64,000 bases of DNA from assembly GCF_035084215.1 (NCBI RefSeq), contig NC_090340.1:14632001-14696000 (forward strand), written 5' to 3'. The notes below the pieces were generated by a model, which made no database searches, had not been told where the DNA came from, and worked only from the letters and a program-made list of their open reading frames with translations. Shown here piece by piece: positions 1-11,816 of this stretch (positions within the stretch are counted from its first letter, which is position 1; each line of letters opens with the position of its first letter). A program made the translations under genes and the position numbers. Origin of the DNA: Heptranchias perlo (taxonomy: Eukaryota).

Positions 1-170
1 TATGTGCACACATTTTTGAAGGTGGCAGGGCAGGTTGAGAAAGTGCTTAAAAAAGCGCATCGGATCCTGAGCTTTATAAATCGATGTGGAGATTCCGGTG
101 ATGGACTGGGGTTGACAATTGTAAACAATTTTACAACACCAAGTTATAGTCCAACAAATTTATTTTAAAT

Positions 171-209
171 TCCACAAGCTTTCGGAGGCTTCCTCCTTCC
201 TCAGGTGAA
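171..209 (-). ncRNA. Second copy of the hammerhead motif (inverted arm)
   Basis: Exact reverse complement of 2781-2819. Confidence 0.7.
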
Positions 210-631
210 CGGTGTGGAAATGACATTTTCGAATCCTTCGCATTTGAAAATCACAGAACAATGCCTGGTGATTACTGCCCGTTGCCAAGGCAATCACAGT
301 GAGCAGACAGAAAGGTGTCACCTAAAAGGCCACCGAATATACAAACCCCCCCAAAAAAGAGAGAGAGAGAGAGAGAAGGAAGACAGTCAATGACCCGTTA
401 TATTAAAAACAGATAACATTTGTTCGCTGGTGGGGTTACGTGTAGTGTGACATGAACCCAAGATCCCGGTTGAGGCCGGCCTCATGGGTGCGGAACTTGG
501 CTATCAATTTCTGCTCGACGATTTTGCGTTGTCTTGTGTCCCGAAGGCCGCCTTGGAGAACGCTTACCCGAAGGTCGGTGGCTGAATGTCCATGACTGCT
601 GAAGTGTTCCCTGACAGGGAGAGAACCCTTC

Positions 632-2554
632 ATGTATGCTGAAGCTGTCAGGAAATGCGTCTATGCCAGATTCATCAGCCGCACTCGGAAGACAGTCCAG
701 AATGTCACCCGAGCACAACGCAACACCATCAAAGCTCTCAAGACCAACCGCAACATCGTCATCAAACCAGCAGACAAAGGAGGAGCCATCGTCATACAGA
801 ACAGAACGGACTATTGCAAAGAAGCATACCGACAACTGGACAACCAGGAACACTACAGACGGTTACCCACAGACCCGACCAAAGAACACACCCATCAGCT
901 CAACAAACTGATCAAGACCTTCGATCCAGACCTTCAAAACATCCTACGCACTCTCTTCCCACGTACTCCCCGCGTGGGAGACTTTTACTGCCTCCCAAAG
1001 ATACACAAAGCCAACACACCCGGACGTTCTATCGTATCAGGCAACGGAACCCTGTGTGAGAACATCTCTGGATACATCGAGGGCATCCTGAAACCCATCG
1101 TGCAGGGAAACCCCAGCTTCTGTCGCGACTTTCTACAAAAACTCAGTACCCACGGACCTGTTGAACCAGGAACACTTCTCACCACGATGGACGTCTCGGT
1201 ACTCTACACCAGTATCCCCCACGATGACGGCATCGCTGCAACAGCATCAATACTCAACACCAACAACAGCCAATCTCCAGACGCCATCCCACAACTCATC
1301 CGCTTCATCCTGGATCACAATGTCTTCACCTTCAATAACCAGTTCTTTACCCAAACACACGGAACAGCCATGGGGACCAAATTCGCACCCCAATACGCCA
1401 ACATTTTCATGCATAAGTTCGAGCAGGACTTCTTCACTGCACAGGACCTCCAACCAACACTATACACCAGATACATCGACGACATTTTCTTTCTATGGAC
1501 CCACGGCGAGGAATCACTAAAGAGACTACACGATAACATCAACAAGTTCCATCCCACCATCAAGCTCACCATGGACTACTCCTCAGAATCAGTTTCTTTC
1601 TTGGACACACGAATCTCCATCAAAGGCGGGCACCTCAGCACCTCACTCTACCGCAAGCCCACGGAAAACCTCACGATGCTCCACTTTTCCAGCTTCCATC
1701 CTAACCACGTCAAAGAGGCCATCCCCTATGGACAGGCCCTGCGAATACACAGGGTCTGCTCAGACGAGGAGGAACGTGAAGGACACCTACAGACGCTGAA
1801 AGACGCCCTAGTAAGAGCGGGATATGATGCTCGACTCATCGATCGACAGTTCCGACGGGCCACAGCGAAAAATCGCGTAGACCTCCTCAGAAGACTAACA
1901 CGGGATGCAACCAACAGAGTACCCTTCGTCGTCCAGTACTTCCCCGGAGCGGAGAAACTACGCCATGTTCTCCGCAGCCTTCAACATGTCATCAATGACG
2001 ACGAACACCTCGCTATGGCCATCCCCACACCTCCACTACTCGCCTTTAAACAGCCACCCAACCTCAAACAGACCATCGTTCGCAGCAAATTACCCAGCTT
2101 TCAGGAGAACAGCGTCCACGACACCACACAACCCTGCCACGGTAACCTCTGCAAGACATGCCAGATCATCGACACAGATACCACCATCACACGAGAGGAC
2201 ACCACCCACCAGGTGCACGGTTCATACTCCTGTGACTCGGCCAACGTTGTCTACCTCATACGTTGCAGGAAAGGATTCCCCAGAGCATGGTACATTGGCG
2301 AGACCATGCAGACGCTGCGACAACGGATGAACGGACACCGCGCAACAATCGCCAAACAGGAGGGTTCCCTCCCAGTCGGGGAACACTTCAGCAGTCATGG
2401 ACATTCAGCCACCGACCTTCGGGTAAGCGTTCTCCAAGGCGGCCTTCGGGACACAAGACAACGCAAAATCGTCGAGCAGAAATTGATAGCCAAGTTCCGC
2501 ACCCATGAGGCCGGCCTCAACCGGGATCTTGGGTTCATGTCACACTACACGTAA
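632..2554 (+). CDS. Penelope-like RT/GIY-YIG endonuclease ORF (N-terminally truncated)
   Basis: 640 aa with FYCLPKIHK, MDVSVLYTSIP, GTAMG and YIDD RT motifs, a CxxC linker, and VVYLIRC...WYIGET...RMNGH GIY-YIG motifs. Confidence 0.92.
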   Translation: MYAEAVRKCVYARFISRTRKTVQNVTRAQRNTIKALKTNRNIVIKPADKGGAIVIQNRTDYCKEAYRQLDNQEHYRRLPTDPTKEHTHQLNKLIKTFDPDLQNILRTLFPRTPRVGDFYCLPKIHKANTPGRSIVSGNGTLCENISGYIEGILKPIVQGNPSFCRDFLQKLSTHGPVEPGTLLTTMDVSVLYTSIPHDDGIAATASILNTNNSQSPDAIPQLIRFILDHNVFTFNNQFFTQTHGTAMGTKFAPQYANIFMHKFEQDFFTAQDLQPTLYTRYIDDIFFLWTHGEESLKRLHDNINKFHPTIKLTMDYSSESVSFLDTRISIKGGHLSTSLYRKPTENLTMLHFSSFHPNHVKEAIPYGQALRIHRVCSDEEEREGHLQTLKDALVRAGYDARLIDRQFRRATAKNRVDLLRRLTRDATNRVPFVVQYFPGAEKLRHVLRSLQHVINDDEHLAMAIPTPPLLAFKQPPNLKQTIVRSKLPSFQENSVHDTTQPCHGNLCKTCQIIDTDTTITREDTTHQVHGSYSCDSANVVYLIRCRKGFPRAWYIGETMQTLRQRMNGHRATIAKQEGSLPVGEHFSSHGHSATDLRVSVLQGGLRDTRQRKIVEQKLIAKFRTHEAGLNRDLGFMSHYT

Positions 2555-2780
2555 CCCCACCAGCGAACAAATGTTATCTGTTTTTAATATAACGGGTCAT
2601 TGACTGTCTTCCTTCTCTCTCTCTCTCTCTCTTTTTTGGGGGGGTTTGTATATTCGGTGGCCTTTTAGGTGACACCTTTCTGTCTGCTCACTGTGATTGC
2701 CTTGGCAACGGGCAGTAATCACCAGGCATTGTTCTGTGATTTTCAAATGCGAAGGATTCGAAAATGTCATTTCCACACCG

Positions 2781-2819
2781 TTCACCTGAGGAAGGAGGAA
2801 GCCTCCGAAAGCTTGTGGA
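2781..2819 (+). ncRNA. Minimal type I hammerhead ribozyme motif in the Penelope pseudo-LTR
   Basis: UUCAC-CUGAGGA-A-GGAGG(AAG)CCUCC-GAAA-GCUU-GUGGA: core boxes CUGANGA and GAAA, a 5-bp helix II, helix I UUCAC/GUGGA, and palindromic AGCU in place of helix III. Confidence 0.7.
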
Positions 2820-4046
2820 ATTTAAAATAAATTTGTTGGACTATAACTTGGTGTTGTAAAATTGTTTACAATTTATAAATCGAGGCATAGAGTACAAAAG
2901 AAAGGAAGTCATGATGAACCTTTTGAAAACACTGGTTCGGCCACAACTGGAGTATTGTGTCCAATTCCGAGCAATGCACTTTAGGAAGGATGTGAAGGCC
3001 TCAGAGAGGGTGCAGAAAAGATTTACTAGAATTGTTCCAGGGATGAGGGACTTCAGTTACGTGGATAGACTGGAGAAGCTGGGCCTGTTCTCCTTATATC
3101 AGAGAAGGTTGAGAGGAGATTTGATTGAGGTATTCAAAATCATGAGGGGTCTAGACAGAGTAGATAGAGAGAAACTATCCTCATTGGCAGATGGGTCAAG
3201 AACCAAAGGACACAGATTTAAGGTGATTGGCAAAAGAACCAAAGGCGACATGTGGAAAAATGTTTTATGGAGCGAGTGGTTGTGATCTGGACTGCACTGC
3301 CTGAGGGGGTGGTGGAGGCGGATTCAATCGTGGCTTTCAAAAGGGAATTGGATAAGTACATGAAAAAATTGCAGGGTTACGGGGATAGGGCAGGTAAGTG
3401 GGACTAGCTCGAATGCTCCAACAGAGAGCTGGCACCGGCTCGATGGGCCTCCTTCTGTGCTCTAACTATTCTATGATTCTATGATTTTATGATCTTAAGG
3501 AACCCATAGGTATCGCATCGAGCGATACAAATTAGAAGATGCCTGGTTGAATTAACAGTCTCTGTTGTGTTTTAGTTCTGGCAGCAGTTATAACACTAAA
3601 ACTGGCCTGAGCGCCCAGGGAGAGGAAGAGGGCAATTATCATTAAATCCTGCTGCTGATCGTTATCCAGAGGCCGCTGCTGGAAAATGCCAGTCGGATGA
3701 GCAAGGGATGGGGCTCGACCACATGATCCCCGTCCGCACTCGCTCTCTTGACCTATGCGTGAACAGTGGTCACGTGAGCAAAGAGTGGCCGGCTGAGAAG
3801 GCGGTGCACATCCCAGCAAGAATCCACGCCTTGAGAAGGGGAGAAACGAGGAGAAACTGGCAAAGTAACCACACGAAAACAGCTCACTCTGAGAGGCATG
3901 TATACCATATTAAACAACTGTCCCATAACACCAACACCGCAAATTTTACAGATGTTTTAATGTAATAATTAACAAGATCACTCGGAAAGTGGCGACTGCG
4001 ATACGAATTCTTCAACCATACATATAAACCTGGGAAAACTGAAGAG

Positions 4047-4447
4047 GCTGCCTTTTACGACCACTGGACGTTCCAAAGAGATTCACAGCCATTGACGTAC
4101 GTTTGAAGTTTAGTCATTGTTACATTGTAGGGAAAAGCAGCAGCAAATTTGGCATAGCAAGGTCCCACAAAGAGCAATGAGAAAAATGAGCAAATAATCG
4201 GTTTTGGTGAAGTGGATTGAGTGATAAATATTATCCAGGACACCGAGGAGAACTTCCCGCTTTTCTTTTATGTTCACTGGAGAGGCCAGATGGGCCTCGG
4301 TTTAAGGTCTTGTTGGAAAGTCGGTTCTTCTGACAGTGCAGTACTGCCATGAAGTATTAGCCTAGATTTGTGCTCAAGTCTCTGGAGTGAGAACTTGAAC
4401 GCACAACTTCCTGACTCAGAGCGAAGAGCTACCACTGAGCCAAGGCT
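4047..4447 (-). mobile_element. tRNA-derived DeuSINE (SacSINE1/AmnSINE1-like)
   Basis: The minus strand has an A box TGGCTCAGTGG and a B box GTTCAAGT, a Deu-domain-like core (ttaaaccgaggcccatctg...tttgtgggaccttgct) and an L2-like tail. Confidence 0.75.
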
Positions 4448-4692
4448 CAAATTTGCATTCGATGTTCAGATTTTACTATTTGAATTATCCTGTAACAAAC
4501 TGAATTAAATATGAAAATTGCTGTGTTAAAAGTATCAGTTTTCCATATTGTCTGCAATTTGGTACCAAAACGTTTTGATTAAATTACATAAGAAACAGCT
4601 GACGAAACCATATTTCTTATCCCCATTCCGTCAATCTTATCTGTGTATATGCTTTGAAGGTGATTTCCTGAATTAATAAAGCATTTTCTTAC

Positions 4693-4806
4693 CTTCAATG
4701 TAAGTTATTTTTATATGGTCCACAATAATATCCGTCAGTGCAAGAATTACCAGAAAACCTATGACAAGCCGACCAATCATGAGGAGCGAATTGATGAAAT
4801 TGTGAT
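4693..4806 (-). pseudogene. Transmembrane exon with intramembrane Arg (activating-type receptor); exon open but gene probably pseudogenised
   Basis: Acceptor ctgcag|, donor GAAG|gtaaga, 114 nt, phase 1-1 like the TM exons of genes A/B. Translation (D)HNFINSLLMIGRLVIGFLVILALTDIIVDHIKITYIE(G). Confidence 0.7.
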
Positions 4807-5995
4807 CTGCAGTGTAGGGTTAAAACCAAAATATAAAACTGTTGCATAAAATTTTTTCGAATGGGAGCAACAATAATTGTTTTATACAAAGGAATGGGGT
4901 CCATTAAATGTCTCGTTTAAACTGCACTCCATGGGGGTCGATTTTAACTTGCCTACATCGGCGTTGACAGCGTAATTACTGCCTCAAAATGGGTTCGGGA
5001 GACGACCACGCCTAGCACGGCGCCTTCCACTTTCACAGAGGGCCTATTGCTGGGGACTAGTACCTGTTTGTTTCAGATAGTAGGACCCTCTTCATATCTG
5101 AAACGGATGTGCAAATGACTCCGATTGCCGTTTTAAGAGCGAACTGGTGTACCCTGCACTCTCTGGCCAGTTTTACTAGAGATAGAGATAAAGAGAACTT
5201 GAATAGTTAAGTTTTAAATTATTCTTAAATGCCAGGAGGAGTGTCAATATGCGTCCCACAAAAAAAACCTGTGCCGCCGCAACCCGGGCTTCCCAATCCG
5301 GGATCGCCAGAGCCCGATTTACGTTGCTGGGCACCCAGCGGTCTCCGGGCCTCCCTGCGCACGGCATGAACGCCGGATCAGCGTTAACATCCCTGATTTT
5401 CACTTAAGTTGCCTGGGGTTGACTCCCCACATGGGAGTCTTGTTCTAACTGGCAAAGGGGTCGTGCCAAATTGTCTCCTTCTGAACTGTAATTCCTTAAT
5501 TTTACTCCAACATCTGCAGTGAGGGAAACTGTTCCGGACATTTCATGAACTGTTATATATTCGTCTGAAGAGTCCAAATCCGTAGTGGTAGCCAGAATGG
5601 ATATGCTCACCAATCCACAAGAAATTGAGGAGGGACGTGGCTCAGTGGATGAAGGCCATCCAGGCAATAGTTTACTTATATTTTTGGAAGATATTTGCAA
5701 AAGTTTTTCCTGTGAGGCTTTGAAGAAAATTCAGGCTCATAAAATTCAGGGGGAGTTGGAAAGTGATAAATGAACAAGTCTCTGTCTGGGAAGCAGTAGA
5801 GTTCTACCCGGTCCATTCTATGCTATCTAGTCTATTGATCAATAAATACAGAGGAATCACTTCTAGTAATAGCCCTAGATTTTCTGATGTCTTCAATGTA
5901 TGGATAGGTAAGAAGTAATTTAATAATACCCAAAACAATCTGGGTCATTTGCGGAAATGTCCTTGAAAGATGCTGGCTGCAGTTCTACACATAAC

Positions 5996-6309
5996 CTGTT
6001 CCAATTTTATCTTGATCAGCCGTGTAGCTGACACTGGCGGGCATCAGCAGAGAGACATGAGATACCAAACAGGTATAAACAACCCCTCTCCGGGCAGGCT
6101 GCACTTCTTCCAAAAAAATAATGGAACCTCCTATAGTCCCGCCACTCTCCTCTTTTTCACAGTTTCTACTCCAGTCAGAATTTCGACACCACCTCTTCGC
6201 CAGGAGATTCCTAAATGTTCCGGGCAAAAGGCAGCCGGTTTACACTCGAGTTTCAGAGAAGTCGGTGAAATCCCTTCAATAGAATCGATTTTCAGGGGGC
6301 TTGGGGAAA
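5996..6309 (-). pseudogene. Decayed Ig C1-set exon paralogous to the C1 of genes A/B
   Basis: PSPLKI..SLKLECKPAAFCPEHLGISWRRGG..AGL* then, after a frameshift, LEEVQP..YTCLVSHVSL. It has a TAG stop at the GLY position and an acceptor mutated to AA; donor ACAG|gttat. Confidence 0.85.
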
Positions 6310-8189
6310 TTTTAACAGAAAACATTGTCAGTATTAGTCTCCGTGTATTTATTACTGTATAATTTGGTAATGTTGCAATCTTACCTTAAACTAGAAATGC
6401 ATGGGTGCAAGTTTATCATTTCTGAACATCACAGTTTGTGCATGATTATTACAGTCGAATAGCCAAGTTTCACTAGGCGCATTCACGGGAACGAAACGAC
6501 GGCGAAGTGAATTTTCTATCGCCGGCGGTTATTAGCTTTTAGGTAGAGGCCATATTTGCTGATGTCTCTGGGCAATTTCGTAAATAATGGTGTTGAACAT
6601 AAATACAGCGCGGTGCATGTAAAGGCCGGGTTGGAATCTCAATGCAGCACAATTACCAGAAACCGCTTTCTCTGCCTGGGTGAGATCCTCCCACACTGAC
6701 CCAGTGGGATTAGATACTGTACGTAGGATTAGGGAAACTCATGAAAATTATTTTCTCCTACCACGTAATATTTTTTCCCAAAATGAAATCCAGAAGCTTA
6801 CATTTTTTTAAACGAGGAGAGAAATTAAAGCATTTCGATATTTTTAAACAAATAATTGCTCAGTCTTGATCTTTGAACCCAGCACAAAAGCTGTGTCCTG
6901 GACAACTAAACGGAAGGAAATCTATCTCTTAACGTTCTATTCCAAGCGCCCTCCGTAACCATTGCGGAATCTTCCCTATATTACAACACGCAGAACCTAT
7001 TCGCCCAGTGAAAATATGTAGGTGACTACTTTGACCGCAAGTCAAGACAATTTGGGTTACAAATTTGGGTTGGCAGTTCGAAGCGGGTGATATCGAATTG
7101 GCATCTCGTTTTTCATTCCGCTCGATGGACCTCAGTTGAGAAGGAAATCGGGCGGAATGTAAAACGGACTGCCGATTAGTTATCATTTGTATTGCGTTAC
7201 CGCACAAGACGGATTTATATCCCAATGCCACTTTGCTGTGAACAATGTCAATATAATTATTCTGGGTAAACACCGTGAAGATTTCATCTCGAGCATTAAT
7301 CCCAACAAACATATCAAAGCTTAGACCCCCGCTCCGGCTATGGCATCAAGCATAGGCCCCCAGAATGGAGAGAACTTTGGGAAACGCCTCAAAATATTAA
7401 TAAGGGGCGCCATGTTCTGGGTCCGGGCGTAAATAACTGCCGACTGCTGCTTAGTCCAACATAACCATTCAATGCGAGAGCTGATAGAATCTGTGAAGGA
7501 ACTTCAGCTCAATCAACCTTACATCCACAATGCCGGATATTTGAGACCAATTTTTTGTCCGGTTAATGTCTGTTAATTGAAATCCAAGATCCGTGTTCCA
7601 GAAATTTGGGATTCTGTAAATTAGACAGTTTCCCTACTTTATAGAAACAATTTGAATTTTGTCTCCATTGTTTGGTGGAGTTGGAATCATATTTACTAAC
7701 TCTCTCAGTGTTTACTCTGAAAGGAAAGCTTGTGCCACATTTCCAGTTGGTGAATCTGAGCCCATAGGAAGGACACCTTCACTGGGCTCTCTTTTTTTCT
7801 GAAGCACGGCTAATTAATTGCCCTCATATCACTTCCTTGAGCGCTTCATGCAAGGATGACCCAAAGACCACTGAACCATTTTCTACCGTGTGTGTTTATT
7901 GATTACTGTGTCTAGCGTTAATATGAAAGTAAAGTCGAACATGAATTCGTGGTTTATTCTTCACTGTTGAAATGTCTTGTTCTGTGAGGGTGATTGGCCT
8001 AAGATGGGAGACCACTTTTCCGTCAATACATGTACCCTGTCATGACCTATCTCCTGTGACAATGAAGCAGGGCAAGTAGCTGACCTGAAGGTAGTAGTGT
8101 CATCCAGTAGGAGCATATAATGCGAATTCGGTTTGTGCGCTCTCGACGATTTATTTGTCCATCCATTTTAATAGACTAAGAAACATGGG

Positions 8190-9896
8190 CAGCATATACT
8201 CACATTTCCCATATGGTGCAAAAGGGAGGACTTCAGATTTTTGGGGCAATGGGATCAGTTCTGGGGCAGGAGGAACCTGTCCAAGACGGACGGGTTGCAG
8301 CTCAACAGAGCTGGGACCAATGTCCTCGCGGGGCGGATCTCTAGTGCTGTGGGGGAGGGTTTAAACTAATTTGGCTGGGGAATAGGCAGGTGGATTGAGC
8401 ATTAGAAAGGAGAAAGAAGGTACACAAAGGATTGGGAACGATTGATAGCACTAGAATAAAAAATAGTACAGTATTAGGTGGGATCAGACTAAGAGAGAAT
8501 AAGACAAGGTCGAAGATAGGTTGAGAGTGCATATGTGTGAATGCACGGATCTTGGTAAATAAGATTGGTGAGCTGCTGGCGTAAATAGTCACATGGGAAC
8601 ATGATGTAGTGGCGATAATGGAGACCTGCCTCAAAAAAGACCAGGATAGGGTGCTAAATATTCCTGGATACAAGTTGTTCAGGACAGATAGGGCAGGAAT
8701 AAAAGGTGTAGGGGGAGGGGTGGCAGTATTGATTAAGGAGAATATTGCAGTGCTGGAAAGAGAGAATGCCCTTGAGGGGTCAAGGACAGAATGTATTTGG
8801 TTAGAGTTAAGAAACAATAGAAGCACCATTAAACTACTGGGTGTGTTCAATAGACCACCAACTTTGGCAGCTTCTCTTCCTTGGTAAAGACAGATGCAAA
8901 ATATTTGTTTAGTACCTCAGCCATGCCCTCTGCCTCCATGCGTAGATCTCTTTTTTCATCCCTAAACGGTCCCACCCATCCTCTTAATTGCCGTTTACTA
9001 CTTATATGCAGATAGAAGACTTTTGGGTTCACTTTTATGTTAGCCACCAGTCCATTCTCATAATCTCTCTTTGCCTCTCTTACTTCCTTTTTCACTTCTC
9101 CTTTCTTTATCTACTCAGCCTCGTTCTCACTTGTATTATCATCCTGACATCTGTCATACGCCCTCTTTTTCTGCTTCATCTTACTCTCTATCTTTCGTCA
9201 TCAAGGGAGCTGTGACTTTGGTTGCCCTACCTTTCCCCCTTGTGGGAATGTTCTACAGAAAAGAGGAGGTAGTTGTGACACGGGATGGGCTAAAAATTGA
9301 TAAAGAGGAGCTCATAGAAAGGCTGGCTTTACTTAAAGTAAATATGTCAACCGGTCTGGATGGGATGCAACCTTGGTTGCTGAGGGAATTAAAGGTGGAA
9401 ATTGCAGGGGTGCTGTAATCTTCAATGCACGTTAGATTTGGGGGTGGCACCAGAGGACTGGAGAATTGCAAATATTACATCCTTGTTCAATAAAGGTTGT
9501 AAGGATAAACCCTGCAACTAGAGGCCAGTCAGTTTCACCTCGATGGTGGGGTACTTTTAGAAACGATAGTCCAGGACATAATTAATATATGCTTGGACAA
9601 GTGTGGATTAATAAAGGAGAGACAGCACGGATTTGTAAAAAGCAAATCGTGTTTAACTAACTTGATCGAATTTTTTAATGAGTCAACAGAGAGGGTTGAT
9701 GAAGGCAATGCGGTTGATGTGTATATAGACTTTAACAAGGCGTTTGATGAAGTGCCACGGAATAGGCTTGTCAGCATATCTCATATGCACAAATCTTTGA
9801 AGGTGTCAGGGCAGGTTGAGAAAGCGGTTTATAAAAGCCTACGGGATCCTAGGCTTTATAATAGAGGAATTGAGTGCAAAAGCAAGGAAGATATAA
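8190..9896 (+). mobile_element. Degenerate CR1 (ORF1 esterase end, APE endonuclease, RT fragments) with an internal inverted segment ~8863-9251
   Basis: ORF 8609 is APE-like (ETCLK...NIPGYKLFRTDR..GGGVAVLIK). ORF 8847-9095 is ORF2 on the opposite strand. ORF 9593 has QHGF..SCLTNL..DFNKAFD. Confidence 0.8.
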
Positions 9897-11143
9897 TAAA
9901 AGTGACGACGTACGAAGGTAGATTTCACATATCAACTACTCTAAAATGAATATTTCTGCTCTCACTACCGAGATATTCCGACCCATTTATAACATGATTC
10001 CGTGAGGATCTCTGCACTTCAAAATGTCTAACGTATTGCTGTTTGCTGAAATCGGCAATCGCTGTGCCTGTGGCCCCGGACAACGTTGCTTTCCGTTTCA
10101 AGTGATGCACCAGTTATCCTCCCTTTGTGTCACGTGGAACCGTCTCGTTCTCCCTCTGAAGTTTTGTAAAAGAAACAACAGTAAATGTAAAACTGTGCTT
10201 CATTATTTTTAAAAGCGGCATCGCGCCCCGGTGATGATCATAACCATTAGAAATGCGGATCTAGAAAATACACACCCAGAAACCCAGACCTAAGAAAGCA
10301 TACCGCCATAATCTACAAGACACCAGCATCTAAATCCAGCTCCGGTTGCCTCTTTGTGGGTGAACAAACCAAAGCTTGGTGAAATCGGCTTGTAATGTTT
10401 ATCCAAGGGTAAAAAGCGATTTCGCAAGAAATGCTTGGCTGCCACAACCCAATTTTCCCTGTGGTAGCTTTTCGGAAATTCCCTGCTTAAATCCACCTCA
10501 CATGTTTTGTTTAATTTATTTTTCGTCCAGCTCTGATTGAATTGTATTGAATCCATGTATCAAAACGAGAATCACATTGCTCTTGCTTAGCAATACATCG
10601 GGAAATCTATAAAACAGGATTTGATTCAAAGTCTTGCAGATTACGGCACTGTGTAAGACATGCGTTCCATAAAGCATGGTTTAACCCCTTGTGGTCAGTT
10701 TCTATCTTTACTACTTTATATAATACATTTCTAGTGTCTTGCCGTGGCTTGCTACTCATTTGCATTCCCTTACGTCTAAGTGAATGTATTATTGCTTTCA
10801 GTCGGACGTTGTGTCCTTTGGAGAAAACGAGAGAATGGAGTGGGCATCCTGCATAATCTTTGTTGCACCATACTGCATTTGGCGGGTAATTGTTAACCCC
10901 TATGCCCTCGTGGCACAATGACAATGCAGGTTTCTTTTTATATGAGACTTCTTCCTGCTTATGCAACCAACGTTTCTGCAGTGGCTTAAAGTTACAAGTA
11001 TTGAAAGTCCAGTCTGTTCCAACCTATTTCCTGAATCGGCAGACACATGCCCAACGTCATTGCGTCACAATTCGTAATACGCGGTCCGCAACAACCAAAT
11101 CCATGCACAGTGCGGGAGCGATCACCTTACTCCTTTGCTCAGA

Positions 11144-11816
11144 ATGTTGACGAGTTTTGTTTTTTCTCCGAGAGATCATTTACACAGGTACCTACAATTC
11201 TATAACCCAGCTGCCTCGATAAACAAAAACATGTGAAATGGTTTCCTCTGAAATACAATGAAATTTAAATCTCTCCCAATTTTGCTTCTTTCTTTTTTTC
11301 ATCTCCACGTCGTGTCTAATACAATTAACCAAACTTTGAATGTATTTCCTGACAGACGCTTCTAGTATTTCGATCAGTCACAACTTCTTGAACAAGCAAT
11401 TACATTCAGAGGAATACACATCACCTTCGACTGCATATTCTACTGAATATAAATTCAGTGCAATTTATTTCATCTTCGCGATTCTTCTTTATCTCTTTCA
11501 TTTGCAGGTAGAAATGTGTTTTAAAGAGTCTGGTTCTGCGTCCAATGCAATTATCCAAACTTTGCATGTATTTTCTAACATCTGCGGCGCCTATTTCGAT
11601 CTGAGTGGCTCAAATTCCCGAACAGGTGATTGCATTCAGAGGGACACACATCATCTTCGACTGTGTAATCTCCCTCTTTCAAGTCAACTCTTGGATAGAA
11701 GTGCTTTGGTGGAAAAAGGTTGAGAATGAATACCTGCAAAGTGGAACTTATAGCAGAAAATGACTTGGTTTGAAAATTAAAGGAAGCGGTTTCTTTCAGT
11801 TGCTGAACGCGACTTT
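11144..11816 (+). pseudogene. Leader + V pseudogene (copy 1)
   Basis: Leader-like exon 11144-11187 (44 nt, frameshifted) ends ...TTTACACAG|gtacc as in gene A. A partial V start lies at ~11356-11445. A second V at 11582-11816 (AAPISI*VAQIPEQ..FDC..WWKK..*..GFFQLLNATF) has two stops and a dead acceptor and is cut by CR1. Confidence 0.85.

Larger units (their letters stand above)
85..2871 (+). mobile_element. Penelope-like retroelement (RT + GIY-YIG), 5'-truncated, with an inverted pseudo-LTR
   Basis: TTTATAAATCGA at 73-84 and 2872-2883 is a 12-bp TSD. 117-630 is the reverse complement of 2360-2873. 85-116 is a 32-nt tail present only in the inverted copy. Confidence 0.93.
1..3492 (+). mobile_element. 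CR1-clade LINE 3' portion (1-84 and 2872-3492), interrupted by the Penelope insertion
   Basis: ORF 2911-3285 is a CR1 ORF2 C-terminus (LVRPQLEYC...RRLRGDLIEVFKI). The element ends in a (TTCTATGA)n-like tail at ~3469-3492 and reads continuously across the insertion. Confidence 0.85.

Noticed and set aside
205-2785. Duplicate short ORFs (62 aa MNGVEM..., 65 aa) and overlapping-frame ORFs
   Set aside because: By-products of the inverted repeat and of alternative frames of the Penelope ORF.
5404-5700. Ser/Thr-rich ORF as a stalk exon between the minus-strand C1 and TM
   Set aside because: No convincing splice boundaries and no counterpart in genes A/B.
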